From Lachnospiraceae bacterium (lineage in GTDB: Bacteria; Bacillota; Clostridia; Lachnospirales; Lachnospiraceae): a stretch of DNA of 15,534 bases. Location of the stretch: contig JAIECJ010000147.1 in assembly GCA_029068555.1 (NCBI GenBank), positions 9,410-24,943 of the forward strand, written 5' to 3'. The position numbers and the translations under genes were made by a program. The notes under the pieces were generated by a model that was not told the origin of the DNA, searched no databases, and saw nothing but the letters and a program-made list of their open reading frames with translations. Positions 1-7,901 of the stretch are shown in pieces. How positions within the stretch are numbered: the stretch's first letter is position 1; each line of letters begins with the position of its first letter.

Positions 1-437
1 ATACCAGCCTGAAAACGGTCAGGGAAAGAAAACACCTTTGGGTCATCAAAAGAGCCGATAATTTCCTTACTGGTGGCAAGTCCGCAGGTCGGGGTGCCAT
101 GACATGTGGTATAATACCCTACACGGATATCGTCAGTATAGCAGCGTCGTGCTTCCTTGACAGGGGCCAGGTCAATCATTAGTCTGTCATATCGCGGGCG
201 GACAATCTTCATGGTTCCGCGTTTTCCTGAGGTAATCTTGATGCGCACAAGTCCGGCTTCCTCGAGTTTCCCTACGTGCATGGATATTGCACCATTGGTA
301 AGACCAAGCGCTTCAGCAAGGTCATTCATGCTAAGGGAGTCATTTTCATATATCATTTCCATAATTTTCACGCGCATAGGTGTGCTTAATGCTTTAAAGA
401 CATTTTCGGCTTCGCCGACAGAACGAAAGTACAGCAT
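1..437 (-). CDS. ArsR/SmtB-like winged-helix transcriptional regulator with an extra Cys-containing C-terminal region (N-terminus complete; 3' end runs off the window)
   Basis: Not in the supplied ORF track because it is open at the window edge. Minus-strand translation from ATG at 437 gives MLYFRSVGEAENVFKALSTPMRVKIMEMIYENDSLSMNDLAEALGLTNGAISMHVGKLEEAGLVRIKITSGKRGTMKIVRPRYDRLMIDLAPVKEARRCYTDDIRVGYYTTCHGTPTCGLATSKEIIGSFDDPKVFSFPDRFQAG... with no stop. The pattern ALSxPxRxxI...L(S/N)xLAxxLGL(T/S)xxxxSxHxxxLxxAGLV is the ArsR-family HTH signature. A purine-rich RBS (GGAGAAGGGGG, minus strand, 449-459) lies upstream. Confidence 0.8.
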   Translation of the reverse strand, partial: MLYFRSVGEAENVFKALSTPMRVKIMEMIYENDSLSMNDLAEALGLTNGAISMHVGKLEEAGLVRIKITSGKRGTMKIVRPRYDRLMIDLAPVKEARRCYTDDIRVGYYTTCHGTPTCGLATSKEIIGSFDDPKVFSFPDRFQAG

Positions 438-463
438 AAGACAATCTACCCCCTTCTCCGGTC

Positions 464-483
464 ATCAATTTATAATCATTGAT
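464..483. promoter_or_regulatory. Inverted repeat ATCAAT-N8-ATTGAT in the regulator 5' leader (candidate autoregulatory operator)
   Basis: Perfect 6 bp arms at 464-469 and 478-483. It lies between the predicted -10 (506-511) and the regulator start codon (437). Confidence 0.3.
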
Positions 484-505
484 TTATTTTTAATGTATTG
501 TATTT

Positions 506-534
506 ATTATAGTGAATACTAAAACAAAAGTCAA
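506..534 (-). promoter_or_regulatory. Near-consensus sigma-A type promoter for the regulator gene
   Basis: The minus strand reads TTGACT (534-529), a 17 nt spacer, then TATAAT (511-506). This sits ~70 nt upstream of the regulator ATG at 437. Confidence 0.5.
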
Positions 535-643
535 GGATTAAATTGACAGTCCGTTGCTAGAGCGTGTTTGAAAAATCATTCCTGTCATCTATACGCTTTA
601 TTATAATATCATCTGCTCTGTTTCAGGAAACATTAAAAATAAT

Positions 644-660
644 ACGTGATAAGTACACGT
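644..660. promoter_or_regulatory. Palindrome ACGTG-N7-CACGT in the divergent intergenic region (candidate operator)
   Basis: Arms at 644-648 and 656-660 are exact reverse complements. They stand out as a GC-containing island in otherwise AT-rich DNA. Confidence 0.25.
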
Positions 661-796
661 TATAAATGGATTGTATCTCAATATAGTGATTATTATTCAT
701 AAACATAACTAAAAGAGTACACTATTTGATAAAACATTTAATTGTCGCTAAAAATATATAATGTAATACGAATATTTGCGAAAAAGGCACAAATTG

Positions 797-826
797 TTGA
801 TAGTGCACAAAATAAACGGCTAAAAT
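797..826 (+). promoter_or_regulatory. Candidate operon promoter A (TTGATA-18 nt-TAAAAT)
   Basis: -35-like TTGATA at 797-802 and -10-like TAAAAT at 821-826. It is overlapped by a direct repeat GCACAAA (787-793 and 805-811). AT-rich DNA produces many promoter-like hexamers, so this is tentative. Confidence 0.25.
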
Positions 827-911
827 TCGTCAAATAACTCAAAAGTTCTTAAAACCTTATAAAATCAAGGAATTTGTATGTTCATAGTGCCAATGTAAAT
901 GAGAAATGATA

Positions 912-940
912 TTGACTTTTTTTCTAATATAGCGTAAGTT
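912..940 (+). promoter_or_regulatory. Candidate operon promoter B (TTGACT-17 nt-TAAGTT)
   Basis: TTGACT at 912-917, a 17 nt spacer containing a T7 run, then TAAGTT at 935-940. This is ~105 nt upstream of the first operon ATG (1047). Confidence 0.25.
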
Positions 941-1046
941 AATTATATAAAGCAAAACTAAAATAATTAACTCATGAATAAAACAAACAAAGTGAAACGA
1001 AACAAAAAGGTTCAAATTGTTATGTGATCAGAAAGGTCGGGTCGTC

Positions 1047-4046
1047 ATGAAAAGAGGAAATGCAAAGAGAGTCATGGCGCTTAGCATGGCAGTATGTATG
1101 GTCGCAGCCACGGCAGTGACATCGCTTCCGACAATGCAGCTAAGGGCACAGGAATCAGAACAGACAACTCAGGGGACGGAGACAGAAAATTATTCAAATG
1201 AGAGACTGGATAACGGTTACACAAAAATCAGTGCGGGGTACACGCTTTCCGCATACACTGGGGAGCCGGTTCGCTACAAAATGAGCAATGTGTACAAATC
1301 AGGGGATGCCAGTCTGACAAGAGAGTATGGGTATGTGGGAAACGGAGAGGATGATGGCGCACTTTCCATTCCGGAGAAAGGAAAGGTGGAGCTTGAAATC
1401 GACGTGCCGCAGTCAGCAGTTTACTATATGAACTTTGACTATCTGGCAAATAGTGAGTCCATTCTTCCGGTTGAGGCAGGTATCATGGTTAATGGTGCCT
1501 ATCCGTTTTATGAGATGCGTCAGCAGAAGCTTGAGAGTCAGTGGACGGCGAAAGACAAAAAAGTGTATGACAGCTACGGCAATGAAGTTGTCAGCATGCC
1601 GGATAAGGTGTACGACTGGCAGAATAAGTATGTGCAGGATTCCACATACCGATATACACAGCCGCTTGGCATTGAGCTTCAGCAGGGGAAAAATTCCATT
1701 TCTATTGAATTAAATGAAGGTACCCTTTTGCTGGGGGACATTTGCCTGACGGCAAAGCCGCAGATACCAGAATACACAGGAAGCGAGACGGCGCCGGGCG
1801 ATGGATTTATCGAGATACAGGCGGAGGACTTTTTGTATAGAAACGATTCGGCAATCCATGCGACTTGTGAGTATGATCCGGATTTGTATCCCTATCAGGC
1901 GGGAAACAGGGTTATGAATACTGTTGATGCGACGTCTTTCGGAAAAGGTGGTCAGGAAGTGACTTACATCTTTGATGCAGAGCAGACAGGAAATTACTAT
2001 GTCGCATTTCACTACAGTCAGGGCGATAAAGCGGACTTCCCAGTATTTATGAATGTGAAGATAGATGGCAGTATTCCGAATACAGCCTTTGAAAATCATG
2101 CGTTTGCATATGAGAAAAAATATGAAATGTACACAATGGTTGACGGGGACGGAAACAGAATCAGCGTGCCGCTTGAGGCAGGCAGACATACGATTTCCAT
2201 GCAGATTAGCATGGAGCCGGTCCGAGAGTCCCTTGAGACCATTGAGAAAATTATGGGAAAGGTCAATGACCTGTCACTTGAGGTCACAAAGGTTGCTGGC
2301 ACAAACAAAGACAAATTCAGGGACTTCTCCCTGGAGGAATATATTCCGGGAATCGGCGAAACCATGACAGGGTGGGCGGATGAGTTGAATCAGGTCATGG
2401 AAAACGCAAGGGTGTATAATCCAAAGAAAAACAAGATAGCAGCATATGCCTCTATCAAGATTGCGGAGAACCAGCTGCGGAGTCTGGCAAAGAAGCCAGA
2501 TGAACTGATTTACAGAATCGACGAGCTTGCAACAAGCACCTCCTCTGTAAACCAGCATCTTGCCAACCTTATAGACAGTCTTAACGGCAATGATTTCGCG
2601 CTTGACAGTATTTATCTGTATCAGGAAAATGCTGCAAAGCAGCTTCCGAAGAACAAGAATATATTTGTGAAGGTATGGCTTGGCATTGTGCGGTTTTTTA
2701 CTTCCTTTGGCGAGCAGGCATACTCCTCGACAAATACCAATCCGGAGCATTTGCAGGTTTCGGTAAACCGTTCCAGACAGCACCTTGAGATTATGCAGCT
2801 TCTGATTAATGAGCAGTTTACACCGCAGACGGGAATAGAGGTAGACCTTTCTCTGATGCCGGATCAGACAAAGCTGGTGCTTGCCAATGCGTCAGGGGAT
2901 TCGCCGGACGTGGCAACAGGGGTCAATTACTCCATTCCGTTTGAGCTTGGTATCAGGGGGGCGTTGAAAGATCTGACGGAATTTGATGATTTTGCAGAGA
3001 TTGCGGAGCGTTACAATGCAGGACTTATTATGCCATATGTTATTGGTGACCGAATCTATGCGCTTCCGGAGACAATGAATTTCCAGGTGATGTTTTACAG
3101 GAAAGATATCCTTGACAAACTAGGACTTGAGGTTCCGGATACACTCGAGGATGTGCAGGCAATGCTCCCTGACTTGCAGATGAGAGGACTGAATTTTTAC
3201 TACCCGACGGCAAGGACGGTGGGTATGAAGACGTTTCTCGACACGACGCCGATTTTGTTCCAGAGCGGAGGAAATCTGTATGATGGTACGGTTGACCAGG
3301 CGGTGTTAACCAGCGAGGAGAATGTGGAAGGCTTTACAACAATGACAAACTTGTTTACCATATACAATCTTCCAAAGGATGTGCCAAACTTCTACCAGCA
3401 TTTTAGAAACGGGGATTATCCGATTGGTATTTCTGACTTTGGAAATTACAACATGATTTCGAATGCGGCTCCTGAGATTGACGGTTCATGGGGGGTGGCG
3501 CTGATTCCGGGTGTAAAGGATGAAAACGGAGAAGTGATGCGTTATTCATCGGCGGGCGCTGAGTCGACATTTCTGTTTGAATCTACACCTGAGCGGGAAC
3601 AGCAGGCATGGGAGTTTGTGAAGTGGTGGTCAAGTGCACAAGTGCAGGCTGAATTCGGACAGCGGCTTCAGATTACATATGGTGATGAATACTATTGGAA
3701 TACTGCAAATGCGGAGGCGTTTGCACAGCTTCCGTGGGACAGCGACGACAAAGAAGTTATTTTGGAGCAGCTTGAGTGGACGCTGGAGGCTCCGAGAGCG
3801 TTGGCAAGCTATATGGTGGAGCGTGAGCTTTCCGACGCATACAATCTTGTGGTGCTTGGAGCAAAGAGCGCTTCTGTGCGTGAGTCGCTTGATGATGCGC
3901 AGAAGAGTGTGAAGCGTGAGACCCAGAGAAAGCTTGAGGAATTTGGCTATATTGAGAATGGTGTGATGGTTGAGGAATATGAAGTGCCGACTGTCGAGAA
4001 AGTGCGTGAGATTATAGCCAATTCAAAATCGAAGGGGGTGAAATAG
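1047..4046 (+). CDS. Giant (~999 aa) secreted solute-binding protein: signal peptide, two tandem CBM6/35-like beta-sandwich modules, a helical linker, and a family-1 ABC sugar SBP domain
   Basis: ORF 1017-4046. I prefer the ATG at 1047 (MKRGNAKRVMALSMAVCMVAATAVTSLPTMQLRAQE is a positive N-region plus hydrophobic core) with AAAGG ~11 nt upstream. Module 2 opens with the CBM6/35-like 'FIEIQAEDF' and contains 'GQEVTYIFDAEQTGNYYVAFHYSQG'. Module 1 has the analogous 'GKVELEIDVPQSAVYYMNFDY'. The C-terminal ~400 aa (PDVATGVNYSIPFELGIRGALKDL...YALPETMNFQVMFYRKDILDKLGLEVPDTLEDV...WEFVKWW) reads as an extracellular solute-binding protein. Its stop codon directly abuts the ATG of a permease gene. Confidence 0.8.
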   Translation: MKRGNAKRVMALSMAVCMVAATAVTSLPTMQLRAQESEQTTQGTETENYSNERLDNGYTKISAGYTLSAYTGEPVRYKMSNVYKSGDASLTREYGYVGNGEDDGALSIPEKGKVELEIDVPQSAVYYMNFDYLANSESILPVEAGIMVNGAYPFYEMRQQKLESQWTAKDKKVYDSYGNEVVSMPDKVYDWQNKYVQDSTYRYTQPLGIELQQGKNSISIELNEGTLLLGDICLTAKPQIPEYTGSETAPGDGFIEIQAEDFLYRNDSAIHATCEYDPDLYPYQAGNRVMNTVDATSFGKGGQEVTYIFDAEQTGNYYVAFHYSQGDKADFPVFMNVKIDGSIPNTAFENHAFAYEKKYEMYTMVDGDGNRISVPLEAGRHTISMQISMEPVRESLETIEKIMGKVNDLSLEVTKVAGTNKDKFRDFSLEEYIPGIGETMTGWADELNQVMENARVYNPKKNKIAAYASIKIAENQLRSLAKKPDELIYRIDELATSTSSVNQHLANLIDSLNGNDFALDSIYLYQENAAKQLPKNKNIFVKVWLGIVRFFTSFGEQAYSSTNTNPEHLQVSVNRSRQHLEIMQLLINEQFTPQTGIEVDLSLMPDQTKLVLANASGDSPDVATGVNYSIPFELGIRGALKDLTEFDDFAEIAERYNAGLIMPYVIGDRIYALPETMNFQVMFYRKDILDKLGLEVPDTLEDVQAMLPDLQMRGLNFYYPTARTVGMKTFLDTTPILFQSGGNLYDGTVDQAVLTSEENVEGFTTMTNLFTIYNLPKDVPNFYQHFRNGDYPIGISDFGNYNMISNAAPEIDGSWGVALIPGVKDENGEVMRYSSAGAESTFLFESTPEREQQAWEFVKWWSSAQVQAEFGQRLQITYGDEYYWNTANAEAFAQLPWDSDDKEVILEQLEWTLEAPRALASYMVERELSDAYNLVVLGAKSASVRESLDDAQKSVKRETQRKLEEFGYIENGVMVEEYEVPTVEKVREIIANSKSKGVK

Positions 4047-4958
4047 ATGGCAGTCAAAAAAACCAAGGCTGCTCAGCGCGAGCATGCCAACAAGGCGGCG
4101 TATGCGTTTCTGGCTCCGTATGTAATCCTGTTTACCATCTTTATCATTATTCCAATGATGGTGGCAATAGCGCTTTCCTTTACAAGCTATGACACGATAC
4201 AGGCGCCTACTTTCAAAGGGTTTCTGAACTACATAAACCTGCTGACGGCGGATGATATTTTCATGCAGAAGGTATTGCCGAACACAATTATCTATGCGGT
4301 GATTGTAGGGCCTGGCGGATATGTCTTGTCGTTTCTGGTTGCATGGCTTCTGGCGCAGCTAAGCTCGGTTCCGAGAACAATACTGACAGTCATCTTTTAT
4401 TCACCGAGTATGACTGGAGCGGTGTCTATGACGGTGCTCTGGAAGATTATTTTCTCCGGTGACCAGATGGGGTACCTGAACAGTTTTCTGATGCGCCTGG
4501 GCGTTATCGACGCGCCGATTATCTGGCTGGTGGACGCCAGATACCTGCTTCCGATTATTATTATCGTAGCGCTGTGGTCGAGCATGGGCGTTGGATTCCT
4601 TGCGATGCTTGCCGGCATTCTGAATGCGGACGAGGAAATCTATGAGGCGGCAGCGATTGACGGTGTGAAGAACCGTTTTCAGGAGATGATTTATATCACG
4701 ATACCAACCATGAAACCGCAGATGCTTTTCGGTGCAGTTATGGCTATCGTGGGCGCTTTCCAGAACGGTGCAATCGGTGTCCAGCTTGCAGGAACAAACC
4801 CGACGCCAAATTATGCGGGGCAGCTGATTGTCAACCATATTGAAGATTATGGTTTCCTGAGATACGAGATGGGTTATGCCGCTGCAGTTTCTGTTGTGCT
4901 GCTTCTGATGGTGTTTGCATTCTCGAAGTTCTTCGGGCGGCTGTTTCGAGAAGATTAA
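4047..4958 (+). CDS. Carbohydrate ABC transporter permease (MalF/CUT1-type), importer 1
   Basis: 303 aa with multiple hydrophobic spans. The N-terminal '[21 protein letters not shown]' is typical of sugar permeases. EAA loop: '[29 protein letters not shown]'. GGGGGTG RBS upstream, and the ATG immediately follows the upstream TAG. Confidence 0.9.
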   Translation: MAVKKTKAAQREHANKAAYAFLAPYVILFTIFIIIPMMVAIALSFTSYDTIQAPTFKGFLNYINLLTADDIFMQKVLPNTIIYAVIVGPGGYVLSFLVAWLLAQLSSVPRTILTVIFYSPSMTGAVSMTVLWKIIFSGDQMGYLNSFLMRLGVIDAPIIWLVDARYLLPIIIIVALWSSMGVGFLAMLAGILNADEEIYEAAAIDGVKNRFQEMIYITIPTMKPQMLFGAVMAIVGAFQNGAIGVQLAGTNPTPNYAGQLIVNHIEDYGFLRYEMGYAAAVSVVLLLMVFAFSKFFGRLFRED

Positions 4959-4970
4959 GGGAGGTGCGAT

Positions 4971-5843
4971 ATGGCTGGATATAAAGGAAGTAATATCAAT
5001 CCCAAGAAGTTTGAGATTGGTCAGTTAAAAATAGTACTGGTACTTTTGCCGCTTGCGGTTTTTATGGGGATTCCCATTGTGTTCATTGTCTGCCATGCGT
5101 TTAAACCGATGGATGAGTTGTTTGCGTTCCCACCGCAGATTATCGTACACAGGCCGACACTCGACAATTTTGTTAAATTGTTTAAGGCTTCGGCAAACAG
5201 CAATATTCCCATGAGCCGTTATGTGTTTAATAGTCTGATTGTGACAGGCTGCGTTGTTCTGTTGTCAATCCTGTTTTCCACGATGGCGGGATTTGCGCTG
5301 TCAAAGCTCCGTTTCAAGGGAAAGTATGCATTGCTTGAGGTGAACAATACTGCGTTGATGTTTGTGTCGGTGGCGGTTATGATTCCGAGATATCTTGTAA
5401 TTGATGCGCTTGGTATGAAGGATACATATTTTGCACATATTCTGCCGCTTCTCGCCATGCCTGTAGGACTGTTTCTGGTAAAACAGTTCATCGACCAGAT
5501 ACCAGATGCGCTGCTTGATGCGGCGTACATGGATGGAGCGTCGGATTTCAAGATTTATCGTTCGATTATTCTGCCGCTTGTGAAGCCGGCAATAGCGACG
5601 ACGGCGATTCTTGCTTTCCAGCAGGTCTGGGTAAATGTTGAGAGCTCAAATTTTTATATTAATGACGAGAGTATGAAGACGCTGGCATTTTATCTGAATA
5701 CACTGGCGAACCAGAATAGCAATGTGGCAGGGCAGGGAATTCAGGCTGCCGGTATTCTGATACAGTTTATACCGAATCTTGCAATTTTCTTAATCCTCCG
5801 GAAGAGCTTTATGAACACAATGGCTCATTCAGGCATCAAATAG
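4971..5843 (+). CDS. Carbohydrate ABC transporter permease (MalG/CUT1-type), importer 1
   Basis: 290 aa with multiple TM spans. EAA loop: 'LLDAAYMDGASDFKIYRSIILPLVKPAI'. GGGAGGTG RBS lies 6 nt upstream of the ATG. Confidence 0.9.
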   Translation: MAGYKGSNINPKKFEIGQLKIVLVLLPLAVFMGIPIVFIVCHAFKPMDELFAFPPQIIVHRPTLDNFVKLFKASANSNIPMSRYVFNSLIVTGCVVLLSILFSTMAGFALSKLRFKGKYALLEVNNTALMFVSVAVMIPRYLVIDALGMKDTYFAHILPLLAMPVGLFLVKQFIDQIPDALLDAAYMDGASDFKIYRSIILPLVKPAIATTAILAFQQVWVNVESSNFYINDESMKTLAFYLNTLANQNSNVAGQGIQAAGILIQFIPNLAIFLILRKSFMNTMAHSGIK

Positions 5844-5860
5844 CGGAAAGGAGGTGCGAA

Positions 5861-7894
5861 ATGAGACAAAAAGTAAAAATGGTGATTTTGATGGTGTTGT
5901 GTCTAAGCATGATTGCCGGCTCCACAGCTATTGCTGAAACGCCTTATAGGACATATACGGTAGATGGTTACGGATACGTGCTGGAAACGCAGTCCGCATA
6001 CAATCCGGCGTCTGCCATCACAAAAGTCGGGGAGACCTCTTTTGTGACGCCGATGGATATGGCAATCGGAAATGATGGAAACCTGTATATTGCGGATGCG
6101 GGTGCTCATGTGGTTATGGTCAGCACAGTCGGAGGTGACGAAGTGCGCATGATTGGGGAGGGTACACTACAGTCGCCGACAGGTGTGTTTGTGTCGGATG
6201 ATGACAAGGTGTATGTCGCTGACAAGGATGCGAAAAAGGTATTTGTATATGACTTGGAAGGCACTCTTCTAAACGAGTATGGGAAGCCGGATTCACCGAT
6301 TTATGGGAACAGTATGGACTTCAAGCCAATCAAGGTTGTGGCAAACAACACAGGCACAATGTATGTGATTTGTGAGGGAAATATGAATGGTATTGTCCAG
6401 ATTAGCCCTGTGGACGGCGGTTCATTCCTTGGCTATTTTGGAACAAATTACACGTCGCTAAGCCCGTTTCAGATCCTGCAGCGGCTGATTCTGACGGACG
6501 CGCAGAGGGCGCAGATGCTGAGTAATATACCTTCGACACCGACCAATCTTCACATTGATGAGGACGGACTGATTTACACTGTGACACAGGGCGACAAGGA
6601 TATGGCACTGAAGAAGCTGAATATTGCGGGTAAAAACTTGCTGGATTCAGATCCATACTGGGCAGACCTGCCGGCGGCAGTGACGACAGGGCAGTATCAT
6701 AATATGCTGGTGGCAGACTCGGATGGATATATTTACGAGTACAATGAGGAGGGTGAGCTTCTGTTTATGTTTGGCGGACGGGATGACGGACGCCAGCGAA
6801 TCGGCCTGTGCAACAAGGTAGAGGCAGTGGCAGTAGATGCTTCTGACAGGATTTACCTGCTGGATTCGGACAAGAGGCAGGTACATATTTTTGAGCCGAC
6901 AGAGTTTACAAACCTTCTTCACGAAGCGCTGTATCTGTTTTCAAAAGGAAGGTATACAGAGAGCAAGGAGCCGCTTGAAAAAGTTTTGCAGATGAACAGT
7001 ATGTTTGACTATGCCAACCAGGCGATGGGGCATGCATATCTGCAGGAGGAGAATTATACAGAAGCGCTGCGGTATTTTAAGTTAGCCAAGTCAGCAGACG
7101 GTTATTCGGATGCGTTCTGGGAGGTCAGAAATATTTGGATTCGGAATTATCTGGTGGCGGCGGTTGCAGCGATTGTGGCAGCATCAGTGGCGCTCAGCCT
7201 TTATAAAAAGAGGCAGCGAATCAAGTACGGGGAGAATGGTGCACCTGCATATTTTTCACAGAGAGTACCGCTTCTGGGAACACTCAGGTACAGTCTGCAT
7301 TTTATGCGGCATCCGTTTGACGGCTGCTATGGCGTGAAACGTGAAGGCCGGGCGAGCATTGCCTGCGCGAATATTCTGCTTGCGGCATACATCCTTGTCT
7401 CGATTATTGAGAAGTACTTCAGCGGTTTTCTTGTAAAGACAGTCAGGGAAGGTCGGTATGACATTATTTCGGATATTGGCACAGTTCTTGTTATTTTTTT
7501 CGGATTGACGCTCTGCAATTATCTGGTTGTTACAATCAATGAGGGCGAGGCTTTTTTGAAAGAGCTGTACTGTGCTTATGCATACTGTCTGACTCCATTT
7601 ATCGTTATTAAACCATTTGTAGTGATTCTGTCAAATGTGCTGACGTACAATGAAGTTTTCCTGATTTCGTTTGCAAACATTATTGTATTGGTATGGATGC
7701 TGGTACTGTTATTGATATCTGTTAAGGAGATGAATAATTTTTCGGTAAAGGAGACGGCAAAAGCGCTGGCGCTGACTGCATTTACCGTTTTGATACTCTC
7801 CCTGCTGATTTGTATTATATATGTATTGTTCTCACAGGTTATCGACTTCATAAGTTCTGTATTGCGAGAGGTGGTGTATAGAATTGGAAGCTAA
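5861..7894 (+). CDS. Membrane fusion protein: signal peptide, six-bladed NHL-like beta-propeller, TPR-like helices, a TM helix, and a C-terminal 5-TM Yip1-like domain
   Basis: 677 aa with an AAGGAGGTG RBS. Signal peptide: MVILMVLCLSMIAGSTAIA/ET. There are six repeats of the NHL-type blade motif (GNLYIADAGAHVVMV; DKVYVADKDAKKVFVYD; GTMYVICEGNMNGIVQI; GLIYTVTQGDKDMALKKL; MLVADSDGYIYEYN; DRIYLLDSDKRQVHIFE). TPR-like segment: ALYLFSKGRYTESKEPLEKVLQMNSMFDYANQAMGHAYLQEENYTEALRYFKLAK. A TM helix (LVAAVAAIVAASVALSLY) is followed by KKRQRIK. About 5 further TM helices follow, in a region that reads like a Yip1-family domain. Confidence 0.75.
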   Translation: MRQKVKMVILMVLCLSMIAGSTAIAETPYRTYTVDGYGYVLETQSAYNPASAITKVGETSFVTPMDMAIGNDGNLYIADAGAHVVMVSTVGGDEVRMIGEGTLQSPTGVFVSDDDKVYVADKDAKKVFVYDLEGTLLNEYGKPDSPIYGNSMDFKPIKVVANNTGTMYVICEGNMNGIVQISPVDGGSFLGYFGTNYTSLSPFQILQRLILTDAQRAQMLSNIPSTPTNLHIDEDGLIYTVTQGDKDMALKKLNIAGKNLLDSDPYWADLPAAVTTGQYHNMLVADSDGYIYEYNEEGELLFMFGGRDDGRQRIGLCNKVEAVAVDASDRIYLLDSDKRQVHIFEPTEFTNLLHEALYLFSKGRYTESKEPLEKVLQMNSMFDYANQAMGHAYLQEENYTEALRYFKLAKSADGYSDAFWEVRNIWIRNYLVAAVAAIVAASVALSLYKKRQRIKYGENGAPAYFSQRVPLLGTLRYSLHFMRHPFDGCYGVKREGRASIACANILLAAYILVSIIEKYFSGFLVKTVREGRYDIISDIGTVLVIFFGLTLCNYLVVTINEGEAFLKELYCAYAYCLTPFIVIKPFVVILSNVLTYNEVFLISFANIIVLVWMLVLLLISVKEMNNFSVKETAKALALTAFTVLILSLLICIIYVLFSQVIDFISSVLREVVYRIGS

Positions 7895-7901
7895 AGTTGA
7901 T

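Noticed and set aside
157-522. 121 aa plus-strand ORF from the track
   Set aside because: It lies antisense to a minus-strand frame that encodes a clearly recognisable ArsR-type wHTH with RBS and promoter. The plus-strand product is low-complexity with no RBS, so it is a shadow ORF.
974-1027. 17-codon upstream ORF MNKTNKVKRNKKVQIVM ending 20 nt before the operon start (possible leader peptide)
   Set aside because: No Shine-Dalgarno sequence precedes it, and AT-rich DNA yields such Lys/Asn-rich mini-ORFs by chance. It would only be worth revisiting if conserved or seen in ribosome profiling.
1017-1046. TTG start at 1017 extending the giant SBP by 10 aa (MLCDQKGRVV)
   Set aside because: The ATG at 1047 gives a canonical signal peptide N-region (MKRGNAKR) and has an AAAGG RBS-like element upstream. 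The extension adds nothing recognisable.
438-1046. Catabolite-responsive element (cre) or riboswitch in the leader
   Set aside because: The nearest cre-like strings (e.g. TGTAATACGAAT ~762-773; GTGAAACGAAAC ~991-1002) miss the central spacing or the CG of the WTGNAANCGNWNNCW consensus. No GC-rich conserved helices suggestive of a riboswitch were visible.
1710-2783. Minus-strand ORFs 1710-2189 and 2274-2783, plus small plus-strand off-frame ORFs inside the giant SBP gene
   Set aside because: They sit inside a long, motif-supported coding frame, have no translation signals, and show biased Cys/Arg/Ile composition typical of non-coding frames.
4056-4062. A7 homopolymer near the 5' end of the first permease gene (and a similar A7 at 13984-13990 in the GH43 gene, and T7 at 917-923) as slipped-strand phase-variation switches
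   Set aside because: Seven-base runs are short and common in AT-leaning genomes. Both coding runs simply encode Lys-Lys in signal or N-terminal regions, and there is no evidence of variability from a single sequence.
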